A stretch of DNA of 64,000 nt from Amoebophrya sp. A120. Its lineage: Eukaryota; Protista; Dinoflagellata. Below, in pieces: positions 50,720-63,300 of the stretch. Each line of letters starts with the position of its first letter. Position 1 is the first letter of the stretch. The stretch lies in contig CAJINV010000001.1 of the NCBI GenBank assembly GCA_905178155.1, positions 8,463,599-8,527,598 of the forward strand, read 5' to 3'. The notes beneath the pieces were generated by a model that saw nothing but the letters and a program-made list of their open reading frames with translations, had not been told where the DNA came from and did no database searches. The position numbers were made by a program, and so were the translations under genes.

Positions 50720-51817
50720 GCGAGTTTTTACATCGGAACAAACAAAATTTGCCAATCAAAAAAGCGTAAGACAGGCCCACAACGACCTGCAGCGTTCGTA
50801 AGCGACACAAGCAAGAAGAAAGTTCAAAAATACAATAAAAAAAAAAACAGTTCCTTCAAGCACAAGCTCCAAACTTTTTACACTTTTTACTTTTCAACAG
50901 CGAGAAACAGGACTACGTTTAAATTTTTAGAACATCACTGCTTTGTAGCCTTCCCAGCTTTTCAGTAGACTTTTAACTTTCAGCGTCAAGCTTTTAACTT
51001 TTCAACAACTTCAGTAGCAAACAAAATAGTACTCCCAAATCACTTTCGAACTTCTTATAAGAAAGAGCTTTCTCTCGTCCTCAGCAGCAGTTCCTTCTAG
51101 TTTTTCTAAGGTTGGAGCCAAAGCAGCTCCACCAAGTTGTCCTCTTTTTGTTGAAGTAGCGCTAGACACATGTGAAGAAAGAACAACTTTCAAGCGGTTC
51201 CATGTGACCACTCTCAACAAACAAACAAAAACTTGCCATCCACTAGTTTTCGAATCGCACGGACCTCCTGTGGACCGACCTGAACCTTTGAACCTGCGAG
51301 ATGCGACCCTTAGTGTGCCAATCTCTACTTCAATATTGCGTCTTTATACTTTTGGTTTTGCTTACGTTAGGGGGTACTTTGCCGATCAGAACGAGTGGTG
51401 TTCAAGCGGGATTGGACAAAACAGGGCTCGTGCATCCTGAGTGTTGTTGCGTAATTTGAAGGAGCAAATGCCGCTGCAGCCAGAAAGCATTGCCATCGTG
51501 ATGTAGGAAAAGTGCAAGATCGGGCTCCCATTGCTGGTCTACGCTGCCCTCAGAAAGAACAAGTCGTGTAGATCTTCGGTCAGATTGTATGTCTATGTAG
51601 TCAATGAAGTTCCGACGCAGAGGCAAGTCCTGCAAAACAGCGATCTTAAAGACCCTTTTTCGCCCAGGTCCTCATTTTGGAATGGGACTTCTTTACTTAT
51701 AATTTGTGTAAGTATGATAAAAGTGGCTACTTCGACGTACTGCTTCTGCTGCACCTGGGTCGTATAACGCTGTACCAAACACAGTAGGACACTCTAGATA
51801 CGAGTACCAACAAGATC

Positions 51818-54800
51818 ATGCGCGAATTCGTCGAGGCCTGCCTGGCGCAGGCCCGCGTGGATGCGGAAGAGATGCGGCCGCGCAACTTGCTCAGAAAGGG
51901 TCGATCCCGGGGCGAACGCATCTACATGCGGGTTGTGGGCCTGTGCGAGACCTCACTTCGCGGGTTTTTGGTGAAACTACCCCTGTTCCTGCTGGAGAGG
52001 ATACCGCACGCCGCCTCGCTCTGCTCCATTGGGTATCTGTACGTGTTTGCGCAGTGCACGGGGATGGCGTGGATGCTGCTGCTGCATTTTGCTTCGGTGT
52101 TGACCCAGGCGTTCGCTCGCTGTCTAAAGGACAGCTCGGCGAGCTGTTTGCGACCGCCGGAACACATAGAAGCTTCAACACAAACAGCCGGATCAGCAGC
52201 GAGCTCAATTTTCTCGGCATCAGTGCAGAGTGGTGGAGAAAGGGAAAAGGGGACAACGACTAGCAAGTCCCCAGCAGACATTTCGATCATTGAGCCATGG
52301 AACTTCAACACACCATCAACGGAGACTTTGATCGTCTTCTACCTGTACTATGCCATGGGCCGCATGCTGATCTTCGTGGTCTACGGACTGTACACCATTG
52401 GCTGGGAGTCCTTTCACGACTTCCCCACCGTGCGGAAGACGTATCCCACAGAAAAAAGCCGGCAGGGCATATTTGTAATGCAAAAATAAAAACACAGAAA
52501 AACCTGTCATGGGCGGCCTCATAGCGTGCTGTTTAGGATACGCAATACAGATGTTTTTGTGTATTTATTTTTGCATTACAAATGTGAATGTCTAGAAAAA
52601 AAAAATCCAATAGAAATTCTCCCCCGCCCCAATAGAAATTCTCCATATAGAGAATCTCCCGCGTCGAGTCTTTCGGTTCCCGCTTTGTCTTCGATTGCGT
52701 TTGATCTTCGCCTTCGCCTGGCGCAAAAGCTGTTGACCTTCCTCTGGCGCAAAAGCTGGCCGACTTTTTCAAAGTGCTCTTCTTGTTCCGTGCCCATGGA
52801 CGGGTAAAAAAGTTCCTGTGCATGTTTCGGCCTCGGGGGGTTCAGGTTTTTCGGGAAAGAAAGAATAACTCTGCAACGACCTGGCGGCCGGCGTAGGGGA
52901 AATAAAGAATATTCCCGCACAGTGCGCGCGCGCGGGCTTCTTTTTGAGCGGCCGGACGCTCTTGCTCGCCTATGCGCGGCATCTGGGTGGCGGCGTGGCG
53001 GAAATGAAAAAAATTTCTGCGCACTGCGTGGGCGCGGGCTTTTTCTTGTGAGCAGCCGGAGGCCCCTTATCGCCGGCCCGCGCGCCACATCGGTCTTGCG
53101 GCGTGCCGGTATCGGAAAATAAAAATGCGCGCCGTCGCCCGCGCGCCGCGCTTTGTAGCGATGTGGGATCGAAGTCTAAAAATTTTCGCGCGCTGCGCGC
53201 TTGCGAGTTTGCTTTTCTGAACGGCCGCGCACTCCCGCCGCCCGCGCGCCGCGTATGGTGGCGATTTGGGATCGAATTCAAAAAATTTTCGCGCGCGGCG
53301 CGCGCGCGAGTTTTTTTCTCTGAGCGGCCGCGCACCCCAGTCGCCCCCTTCGCGCGCCGCGCTCGGTGGTCATGCATGCGGAATCGAATTCGAAAAATTT
53401 CCGCGCGCGGCGCGCGCGCGAGTTTCTCTCCCTGAGCGGCCGCGCACCCCCGTCGCCCGCGCTTTGGCGATGCGGAGTCGAATCGAAAAAATTTTCGCGC
53501 GCTGCGCGCGCGTAAGTTTTTTTCCCTGAGCGGCCGGGCACCCCCATCGCCCGCGCGCTGTGTTTGCTTGCTTGGTGGCGGGGCGTGGGATCGAATTCCA
53601 AAAAAATTTGCGCGCTGCGTGCGCCCGAATTTTTTTCCCCGAGCGGACGCGCACCCCCGTCGCCCGCGCGCCGTGCTTGGTGGCGATGGGTGTCTGTCGG
53701 GTCGAATTCAAAAAATTTTCGCGCGCCGCGCGCGCGCGAGTTTTTTCTCTGAGCGGCCGCGCATCCCGATCCCGGTCGCCTCCCTGCGCGCCGCGCATGG
53801 TGGCGATGGGTGTGCGGTCGAATTCAAAAAAATTGTGCGCGCTGCGCGCGCGCGATTTTTTTTCCCTGGGCGGCCGCGCATCCCCATCGCGTGCGCGCCG
53901 CGCTTGGTGTCGATAGATGTGGAGGCGAATTCAAAAAATTTTCCCGCGCTGCGCGCGCGCGAGTTTTTCTCCTTGGCCGGTCGCGTATGTCCGTCGCCCG
54001 CGCTTCGCGCTTCGTGGCGATAGATGTGGAGGCCAATGCAAAAAATTTTCGCGCGCCGCGCGCGCGAGAGTTTTTTTCCTTGGCAGGTCGCGCATTTCCG
54101 TCGACCGCGCTTCGCGCCTGGTGGCGATGTGGGATCGAATTAAAAAAATTTTGCGCGTGGCGCGCGCGTTTCTTCTTCTACTGGGCGGCCGCGCACTCCT
54201 TTGCGCGCGCCACACATGGTGGCGCGTTTGCTGGGATTCAAAAAAAGTTTCGCGCGTTGCTGTCGCGCGCGCGGGTTGTGGGGGGAATGGGTTAAATTCT
54301 TTCGCGCGGGGTGCGGCTGCGTCGTGGTTGGGTCGGTGGAATGGGATAAATTCTCCTGCGCTGCGCGCCTGGAGTTCGTTTTTTCGAGCAGGCGGCGCGC
54401 GCTCCTTTTCGTGCGCCGCGGCTCTCGGCGTTGGTTGCGGGAATGAAAAAAAAAACTCCTCACGCTCCGCCCGCCTAGGCTTTTTCTTTCGTGCGCCCTT
54501 TTCCCGCGTGCCGCACCTAGATGGCGGCGGACCGGCGTTGTGGGGGCCCAAAAAAGTTTCGCCCTCTTTCGGGCAGGCGCGCGGACGTTCTCGTGTGTCG
54601 TGCCTGGCGCCGCAAAGTGGGCCGATCAAAGATTTTCGAGGAGCGCCGCGCGCGCCTACATTATCGCGCGTCACACCTAGTCGGTGTGGCCGTGCGTCGC
54701 GAAGATAATCTTCCGGGCTGCCGCTAGACGGCCTGGGCTGCGTACCTGTAGCCTTCCTGGGCAGGCTGCCCCTAGCATGATTGGGCTACCTCTGGCCTGC

Positions 54801-57800
54801 CGGGGCTGCCTAGCGAAGCCCGGCTTGCGGGTCTGCCGAGCAACAAAAGCCGATCTTGCTGGGCTGCCAGCCTTACGCACCTAGCAGAGCCTGGCCTGCT
54901 GGGCTGCCTGCCTAGGCTAGTTGCTAGGGCTGTCAGCCTAGCCGAGCACAGCCTGGCGCGCTAGGGCTGCTGGCCTAGCGAGGCACAGCCTGGCTTTGCT
55001 TGGGCTGGCAGCCTAGCAAAGCCTGGGTTGCTGGCTGGCAGCCATCTTAGATAGAGAGTCTCCATCTGAGATAGAGAATCTCTATCTCAGATGGAGAGTC
55101 TCTATTTCGGATGGAGAGTCTCTATTTCGGATGGAGAGTCTCTATTTCGGCTTCGCCACTGGTGGAGAAGCTGCTGAAATATAAGAAAAACACATGGGAA
55201 AACAGTAAGAAACAGAAAAAGAAAAAAAAGAAAGAAAAAAGAATACAGATACTCTATCTCTCATGGAGAATTTCTATTCTCCTCCGAGAATCTCTATTTC
55301 AAATAGAGACTCTCGGAGATTTTCTATTTCGAGAGCTGTACAATTGACCTTCCAGCTTTTTTCTGTGGGATAAGACGGTTTCCCTGTCCATGCGCGAGAT
55401 CGCGGAGCGGTACACGGTATCAAATGTAAAAATGTCTGGGTCTGGAAGATTGCAAACTTGTCATGCTAAATCTGCAGCATGCAAAAATCTGTGTTGCATG
55501 ATTAGCAAAAGTCGCCCGATTTTGACCAAGTCGGGAGGTAGTTTCTCATGCAGGATAGGCATTACAGAGGTCTCGCAGAATCTGTCATGCTAGGTCCGGC
55601 ATTCCAGACCTCCTGGGTCATGGAAAAGCAGCATGACAAATCGCGCATTATTCCAGACCCAGACATTTTTACATTTGATACACGGTGCGGGTGACGTGCC
55701 GGAGCCGCAGCCTGTCGCCGGCCGCGGGACTGGACAGCACGGCGACCTCCCGAACCTTCCCGCCGAACTCGTCCCACGCGAGCAGTGGTAGTCCGTTGGA
55801 AATCGACGAGTACCCGCCAATAGTAGACACGGATCGACCGAGCACCGCCTCCCTGGAGTCACGGTCGACGCGGGCGAATAGTTCCGGCGTCGGAAGCGAT
55901 ACCCTGGTGTCCTCGCACAAGATTGTGGACGAATTCGACCGGAGTGGGACCACCACGGCCACCGCGATAAGCGCGGTGACGGGAAAGGCCGCGCGGGTAG
56001 TAGAACTGAGCCCGAGAGAGAGCCAACTGCGGTCGGGCAGCAGTGTGACAGAGGAAACAGCGGGGCTCCGCCAGCGCCATCCGCAGAACGTTCGCAGCCA
56101 CAACTCGTCCGCCAGTCAGATTGATGGCAGAAGTGCGGGCGATCGCGACAACAGGTCGGATATATTGAAGGATGGGCTGGAGATTGTGGATCATGGAACT
56201 GTCCACATGAAGGGCCCCACTACGCGGAGCCGCAGTATCCAGAGCGAGGTGTCGACCGAAGGTGAGGAGCCTATGACTCCAAATACGGAACAAGGGGCCA
56301 ATGGCGCGGGAAACAATGCATTTTTCTCGTCAGAAGACGAGGAGCGAGCGAGGTTACGCCGGGAGAAGAAAAAAACCGGGGGTCGACGCGCGCTGCTGAT
56401 ACTTCCGCTTGTCTGGCTCTTCGTTTTGTGCGGCTGGCTCGCGGTCAGCAGCTTCTACTTCGACTTCACAGAGGGGTTATCTTCAGCAGATATGAGGAAC
56501 AGCAGCAGTAGCACGCTGTCCATGTCGGAGAGTATCATGCGACCCACGGGGCGCCTCCACCGGTGCTTCCTGTTCCTGATGCTACTCTCGCTCGTCCAGT
56601 GGGCGGCGCAGTACCTGTTTCTGTTTCCAAATCTCTTTTCCGCTTTGCTCCTCACGCCGCGCAGCACGGCTTTGTTTGGGTTCTACTTCCTCTTTTCCAT
56701 CATTGGCGGGGCGAGGCTAGTGTCCTGGTTCCTGTTTCCGCAGGGGAAGCAAACGAAAATGTTTTTCGGGGTCATCCCACACCACTTGCTGGATGTGGTG
56801 CTCGTGATGGCGTGGATGGGCTGGATGATGTGCACGTTGTTGCACTTGTTCGGTTCGCGGACGGCTTTCAAGCAGACCGGGTTTTTCAAGGAGCGGTTCA
56901 ACGACGACCAGCTGTGGCGCAACCACATCGCGATTTTCAAAGTGACCTACATCGTCCCCTTGATTCTCCACTTCTTCCGGGGATCGCTCTTCTCCTCGCA
57001 TTTGGGAATTCGGCACGCGATGAACGACTCGCTGATCATCATGGTGATGTACCCGCTGCTGCTGTTGTTGATTTGGACCGCGACGTTTCTGCTCGTCGCG
57101 GCCCTCCGCCGCGGCCGGCGCATCGGCATGCTGCAGCTCGCCACAATGGTGCCGCTCTGGTTCGTCAGTCAGTACGTCTGCTGGCGCTACTTGCAGCTGG
57201 AGTCGAAGTCAGCGATTTGTCTGGTCTGGGCGCATGGTGTGAGGCAGAGCTTACGGTTGTTCTCGCGAAAGACGCCCGCGTGGCTGGCCGCGGTGACGAG
57301 GGATTTTTTCGCGCAGATAGATGCACTGCTAGGAAGGGAGCCGAATGTGGTTGACAGGAACAATACTAAGAAGCTGTCCGCCGCTGCGTCGCCCACCTCC
57401 CCTGGCGTTTCGACGTTGTCAAAATCGAACCACGGTACTGCTACCGCGACGCCAATCTCCGCCGTCAAAGATGAGCCGGGGTTCGCTAGTAGCAAGCGCC
57501 GGGCGCGCATGTCCTCGCCGTCTCCGGAGAGTCCGATTTCAAAAATCAGTGTGGGCTTCGCGATGGGCAGCGCGGGAGATCCGCACGGGGAGCGGGACGA
57601 GGAGAACGAGAAAAATCCGATTATGAAGAAACCCAGACAGTCCATGCAGTACGTCATCGACGGGTACGGAAAGATGCTTTTAGTTTTGTCGGTGGTGTAC
57701 CTCGGCACCTGTCTGTTCCTCGCTTTCGTCGGCGAGATGCAGCGAATCTACAACATTCTCCCCATGACGATCTCGATGCACACGAGCGCATCGGACATCA

Positions 57801-59994
57801 TCTCGTTTGAAGCGAACCAAAGGGGTGCGGCGGAGAACGGTGAACAGGAAGCCACTAGTTTGGCGGCAGGCGAGAGCGATAAAGTAGACACTAGCCTTTC
57901 TGGCGAACAAACAAGCGTCACACTACTCCCAGACCCGAACTTCGTTTCTGTGAGCCACGTCGTGAGCCACTTGCAGGTGAAACTCGCAGACGCGAAAAAG
58001 CAGAAAAGTTCCAATTGGGTCGGCGGCTTGCTAGCTTCCATCACCGGCGGGGATAAAGAACAAGCAGCGGTTTCTCTTTCCGGTGCATCTTCGACAGCTC
58101 AAAGTACTGGGAAAAATCATCTCGGGGACCAGCAAGCGCAACCGCCGGACGGGAAGAGACCGGACGAGGATGGCAGCGAGGTAGAGTCAGAAGACGTAAA
58201 TGTCCTCTCTTCCACCTCGGCTGAACCTGGTAACGAATTCCGGAGCCGGAACCCGTTTTGGACGGTACCCAAGTACGCCGCCTGCGGCCAGCTCTACCAC
58301 GGGCTGACGCTGCTGGATTGGGCGCTGGTGGCGGAGAGCGTGTACCTCGAGTCGAAAGAGGAAAGGGAATATTTTCTGGAGAAAGTGGTTTTTCCGAATT
58401 CCTGGTACGAAAAGGACTTGTCGCAGCGGCCCCAGGTGCGCACGCACTCGTTCTCGAAGCACGGCAGTGCCGCATACATGGAGATTTTCTTTCCGGAGCA
58501 GGACATGACCGTGGTCGCGATTAAAGGTAAGTAACTAAAAGGGTCGATGTTGAGATTTCGAGATCTACAAGTAATTGATTTGGGATGCAATTAAGTTGTA
58601 GTTGTACACGGTAGTTAGAGTTACTTATTCGTTCTTCGGTTTTCAACGCAGTGAAGATCATCACCACATCACAGGTACCGACCCGCTGAAGTTGCTCGAT
58701 TTCCTCGAGGACCTGCGGATGTGGCGCGATGCGGTGGTGGTCAGTTTGCTCGCAAACCTATTTCCCGCCGTTCGCGCCTGGCCAAAGGCGACGACCGAGA
58801 TGGTGATTCGGTTCCAGCACGAGTTTCTAGAGAATTTAGGCCTGGTCGAATCTCACTGGGCATTCGACGAGTTGCTGCACAAGTACGGCGGCAGTGAAAC
58901 GGTACTAGTACAACCTACCGGGATCACAGAATTGCAGAACATCAAGTCGGAAAATGGTGTTTCCACGGCCTCGGCCGCGGCGAGTCCTGCCCCGCTTGAT
59001 GCAGATGCTGCAGAGCCACCACCGCAAGAAAAAGAATTATCCGACGAGAATCCTCCTGCACCGAAGCCGTCAAAAACCGTGTTTGTGGGGCACAGCATGG
59101 GCGGAGGTATTGCCAGCATTCTCGGGTTATCAAATGCAAAAATGTCTGGGTCTGGAAGAATGCAAGTTTGTCATGCTTGTCTGGCATGACTCGAGGTCGA
59201 GAATGTGTGTTGCATAGGCACGAAAAAGCCCTCTTACCTGTCATGCAAAAACGCAGTTTGCCATGCGGAATACGTAAGACATGGTAGCCAAAAAATTTGT
59301 CATGCATAGCTGCGTATTGCAGTGCGTCTACCATTCATTTTTAGCATTACAAGTTTCCTGACCCAGACATTTTTGCATTTGATACAGGTTTCTTAACCAC
59401 GCACCGGTAGTCGCTTTCCAGCCGCCCGGTGTGTACCACTCGATCGCGAAATTTCAGCAGGTAAAGCGGGACATGAAGGCGTATGACTTTGTGCACCACG
59501 AAACTCTGAACATTCTGGTGGAAGACGACTGGATCAACAACGTGTTTGACGAGCACGGCGGTTTGTTGCAGCAAATCGGGTGCGATTACCCCAATCGCAG
59601 CATGTACCTGAGCTGTCACCTGCTCGAGTCGGTAATCAACCACTTGTACAAGAGCTGCGGAGAGGACAGAGCGGACGACCTGGTGGAAATGGTCGAAGAG
59701 AAAATAGTTAAACCCGCGGGAGCAGGTAGTGCTGCCGCGTCTACCTCCACCAGCAAAGAGGCCGGCGTGACGAGGACCACAAAGGTAGAACGGCGCATCA
59801 GCAAGAAGCCGAAGCGGTTCGACTATGTGGAGTGGAAGTTTGAGGTGCTGACGCAAAGCACTTGGGACACGATTTCCGAGGAGGTTTCGACCTATGTAAG
59901 ATCGTCCACCTTCTACAGCTACTTTGTCGCGCTGTCCTCGTTCCGCTACACGGCCGCCTGTCTGGCGCTCGTCGCGGTGGTGCGGTTATTGTGA
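51818..59994 (+). CDS. Multi-pass membrane protein with C-terminal class-3 lipase domain (5' end uncertain)
   Basis: VVAIKG|TDP..DFLED, VFVGHSMGGG and AFQPPG motifs. Exons are joined across introners 52442-55372, 55418-55680 and 59128-59384 and GT-AG intron 58527-58674. Confidence 0.85.
53150..54300. repeat. Degenerate ~95-115-bp tandem repeat (about 10 copies), core gaattcaaaaaattttcgcgcg
   Basis: The core recurs at ~53274, 53386, 53480, 53593, 53704, 53820, 53928, 54036, 54137 and 54234. Confidence 0.9.
54715..55150. repeat. CTAG-rich microrepeats followed by 20-bp tandem repeats (gatggagagtctctatttcg)
   Basis: gggctgcc/cctagc units at 54715-55045; five ~20-bp units at 55050-55150. Confidence 0.85.
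55418..55680. mobile_element. Introner family A (TSD cacgg)
   Basis: Perfect 30-bp TIR; the join gives ERYTVRVTC. Confidence 0.96.
59128..59384. mobile_element. Introner family A (TSD cgggt/caggt), excisable as canonical GT-AG intron 59126-59387
   Basis: Family-A TIRs; the join gives SILGFLNHAPVVAFQPPG. Confidence 0.94.
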
Positions 59995-60361
59995 TGAAAA
60001 TTAACACGAGGAGATTTGATTCCGAAACGCAACATGATCCAGATCTGCTGGCTCGCTGCAGGAGCACTAGTCTTAGTCGAATCTTCCTTCTGAGGAAAGT
60101 TGCGCTGCTAGAGTGAAAATCGATGCTGGCGTGTTCCATATTGATTTACCGCACACAGGTTGAAGATTGGTGTTTACAAATATGTAGACGGTCTCCTCTC
60201 TTTCATTTTGCAGTTTCAGTTTGGTCTCTTCGTTGAAAGATCATATTCAGCGATCACTTTGCGAATTTGAAGGTTCAGTACGTAAGCAGTCGACTTGTTC
60301 ACCTTACTGTGGAGAAAAAGAGTCGTCGCATCATCTGATGAAATTCTAGGAGCAAAGAAAA

Positions 60362-63300
60362 ATGAATGAAGGCAAAGTCGAGACCAGCGCAGCTGTCGGA
60401 GATGCCGTTTCTGCGGAGCAGGACATGAAGCGGCAGGAGGCACGGAAGCTTGTCACAAAAGCTCTTTTGTTGGGGGGACACTTACCCAATGACGAGGACG
60501 CAACTTCGTATTACCTGGGTTATGCAGGGCGCGGTGCGGAAAGTGCGCTGACGTTTGACGAGTGCGAAGAAGATTTAGCGCAACGAGAAAGATTAGCAAC
60601 TCGCGCTCTAGAACTAGACGCGAACTGCATTCCTGCCTACGGAGTATTGGCCGGCGTTGAATACCATCGGGACAACTTGGTACCCGCAATGTTATCTGTT
60701 AGCGAAGCAATACGGAGATACATCGATGGGCGCGGAACCGCGGATGCAAGAATGAGGGAAGAGCTGAGTCGGATTGGGGATCTAGTGTGGTCGATATACC
60801 ACGACGCAAGGGACGAGGCGCAGTTGCTCGCAGCATTGGGGTGCCTGAAAGAACGCATTCTTGTCGTCACAGCGGAAGAATCTGCCCGTAATAAAAATTT
60901 GCTCTGTCGTGTTTCCTCATTGCAGCGACTGTTTGCAACTCGATTGTGTATAAGACGACGGGCCGGCTTCGATCGTGACGCACTGTTCGATGCAGTGGCC
61001 TTGCAGGTATGCAGTCTGAGGGAAAGTAGCTTTTATCGCTACGGTGCCAGTAATGCCGCGGAGCTGGAGACGGAGATACGCAATAGGTTAAGACTCGCCG
61101 CAAATGTCCGCGCTTGTGAGGATGAAGTCCGAGAGGATGGCGACGTAGAGCAGGTATGCAGCAGTTCTAGGTCTAGTTTATACGTCACAGATATGCGGAC
61201 GTTTCGCGGCTACAACAGTTTTGCGATGGAGGTGTGCCGCTCTGATGTTCGTCTGCTTGGTGTCGGAAGAAACAGGCCAGAAGCGCAAACGATCGTCGCA
61301 ACATTCTTCAAACATTATTTTATGAGATGTCCCTGGTTGGCGTTTTTTTTCCTCAGGCAGAAGGACGATCATACCCAAGACGCCCGGGTGGATGAGAATT
61401 ACTGGAAATTATCGCTCATGTACGCGACGGGGGTAGACGTATTTAATTTCAAGCTGGACCGTGAGGGTCACGAACTGTGGGAGCAACTTGGTCCGAAATT
61501 GTCCGATGATATAGTGATGGAAGATTCTCCCATCGCCATGAAAGCTCAATACCCGCAGCCTCTGGAATTACGTATGGAAGACATACGCGACATGCGGTCG
61601 CCGTACTCGCAAGCAGCGGTATCCGCATATCTGAAGCAAGGGCCGATGTTTATTCGCTACAGACAATTCCCAGGCAAGCGCGGGCGGATGGTCATACTCT
61701 GTACGGCAGATTCCACACTCGTACCAAAGAAGGCTCGAGAAGCTCGTCAAGCCTTAACACAGAAGGAGGACGAGCTTCTTGTATACGTGTTTGAACATGC
61801 TCATCTGGTAGTACACCATGCGGGTGTGAGTTTAGTGAGAGGCCTCGGCCAGCTGAAGCTATTTGGCGCGGCCGACGCATGCGAAGGCTGGCTACTTCTG
61901 CGGTATTCCGACATTGAAGACTTGCCGCGTCTTTGGTTTTTTCAACAATACAACCGCATGCGCCAGAAGGAAGGATTGCCCGACCCTCGTGTGTCGCCGA
62001 ATAGCGAGGGCGTCGAGCGCATTTCTTGCAGCCCGCTTGCGCGGGAAACAAGCCGGAGTCCGCGACTCAAATCGGACAAAAGCTACCCATGTCCCGACTG
62101 CGGAAGCACTTTTTACGAGAAGGACAAACTGAAGCGCCATCGAAAGAATTGTGAGCAACGAATGGTCGTCTGCACGGAATGCGGCGAGAGTTTTGCAGCA
62201 TGTGATCTGGCAAACCACGATAGGGAAGAGTGCGCTTACGGGCTGACATCTTGCAAAGATTGCGGAGCGGAAATGAAAAGAATGCATCTTGAGGACCACT
62301 TACAAAAAACGTGCACAGAGCGCACCGTTTCCTGTGGGCAGGTAAACAGCGACGGATCCAGAGCATGTAAATGGACCGGTCGGTTTTGCGAGCTAGCAGG
62401 ACACAGGCTAGATTGCGCTTTCACGACAGAGCCTTGCAGCTGCTGTTTGCTAGAGGTGCCGCGGTGCGATCTGCAAGCAGCGCGACACAGGTGCCCCACA
62501 GTGGACGCGACAGATACATGCAAAATTTGCAGGGAGACGTTTGGAACGCTGTATGCAGGGTCTTCCTCGACGGAACCGGTGCTGCCAGTGATTCCACTGC
62601 TGGGCGCGAAGCGGCTTTGTACCTGTCGTGACTGGAATTACTGCGTATCCTGCTTTCGCTCTTCGTTGCGCAATTTTGCCGGCGATACAATGCCGTGCAT
62701 GTTTTGCCGCCAGCTCTGCGATGAGGCGACTCTGGTCCCGCTGCATTTAGTGTCCGGCTTGGCGGTGAAATCTTCACTGAGCACGCAAATGAGTTTGCGT
62801 GGTAGTGGACCGGCGTTCGCGGAGCTGAACTCGCAGGCAATGTTACTTCCGCGCCGTGGTGCTACGATCGGGTCAGTCCACTGGGTCTCTCCGCTTCACG
62901 TTCGATTCACTCACGACAGTATCAAACTATGTTTCGGTGAGTATATGGACAAGCGAACAGGCTTGCAACACACGGACCAGAGCATCCTGGATTCGCTGGA
63001 GCAACAGCTGAGATCTGTCGCAGAAGACGGACCGGCCGGACTCGACTGCCTTGACGTCTGCTGGGCGCGTCCGCTACATGGTGAAAAATTGGAAGCGGAC
63101 GCGCTTTTCCTCGCCGGAACGGGCAATCGCAGACTCTGCATGTGGCGGATGCTGGCGATCATGCGTCCAGAGAACTTCGCGCTCATAAAGGTTCGCATAG
63201 TCAGCAAGGACAGCACCAAGGTGAGGTTTCCTGAGAAGTGCACAACATCTTGCGCAGGGAGGTGGGTAGAGATTCGGACAAAAGGCCGGGTGCGTTTTTT

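Larger units (their letters stand above)
52589..55342. mobile_element. Non-coding repeat-rich element with TGT..ACA ends and imperfect subterminal inverted repeats
   Basis: Left aatagaaattctcc (x2) versus right ggagaatttctatt / ggagattttctatt; internal tandem arrays; no credible ORF. Confidence 0.7.
52442..55372. mobile_element. Introner family C (TSD agacg) interrupted by a nested 2.75-kb insertion
   Basis: 52442-52587 and 55345-55372 together reconstruct the 35067-35237 element; agacg at 52437-52441 and 55373-55377; the join gives PTVRKTVSLSMREI. Confidence 0.92.

Noticed and set aside
52576-54884. Many overlapping Arg/Ala-rich ORFs; possible transposase
   Set aside because: These are artefacts of CG-rich tandem repeats; no DDE, RT or HUH motifs are visible.
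52588-55345. Helitron identity for the nested element (CTAG-rich)
   Set aside because: No clear TC..CTRR termini at an A|T site; inverted end motifs fit a TIR element better.
16649-59189. Recurrent peptide SNAKMSGSG at ORF ends as a protein motif
   Set aside because: It is read-through into the family-A TIR, not real coding sequence.
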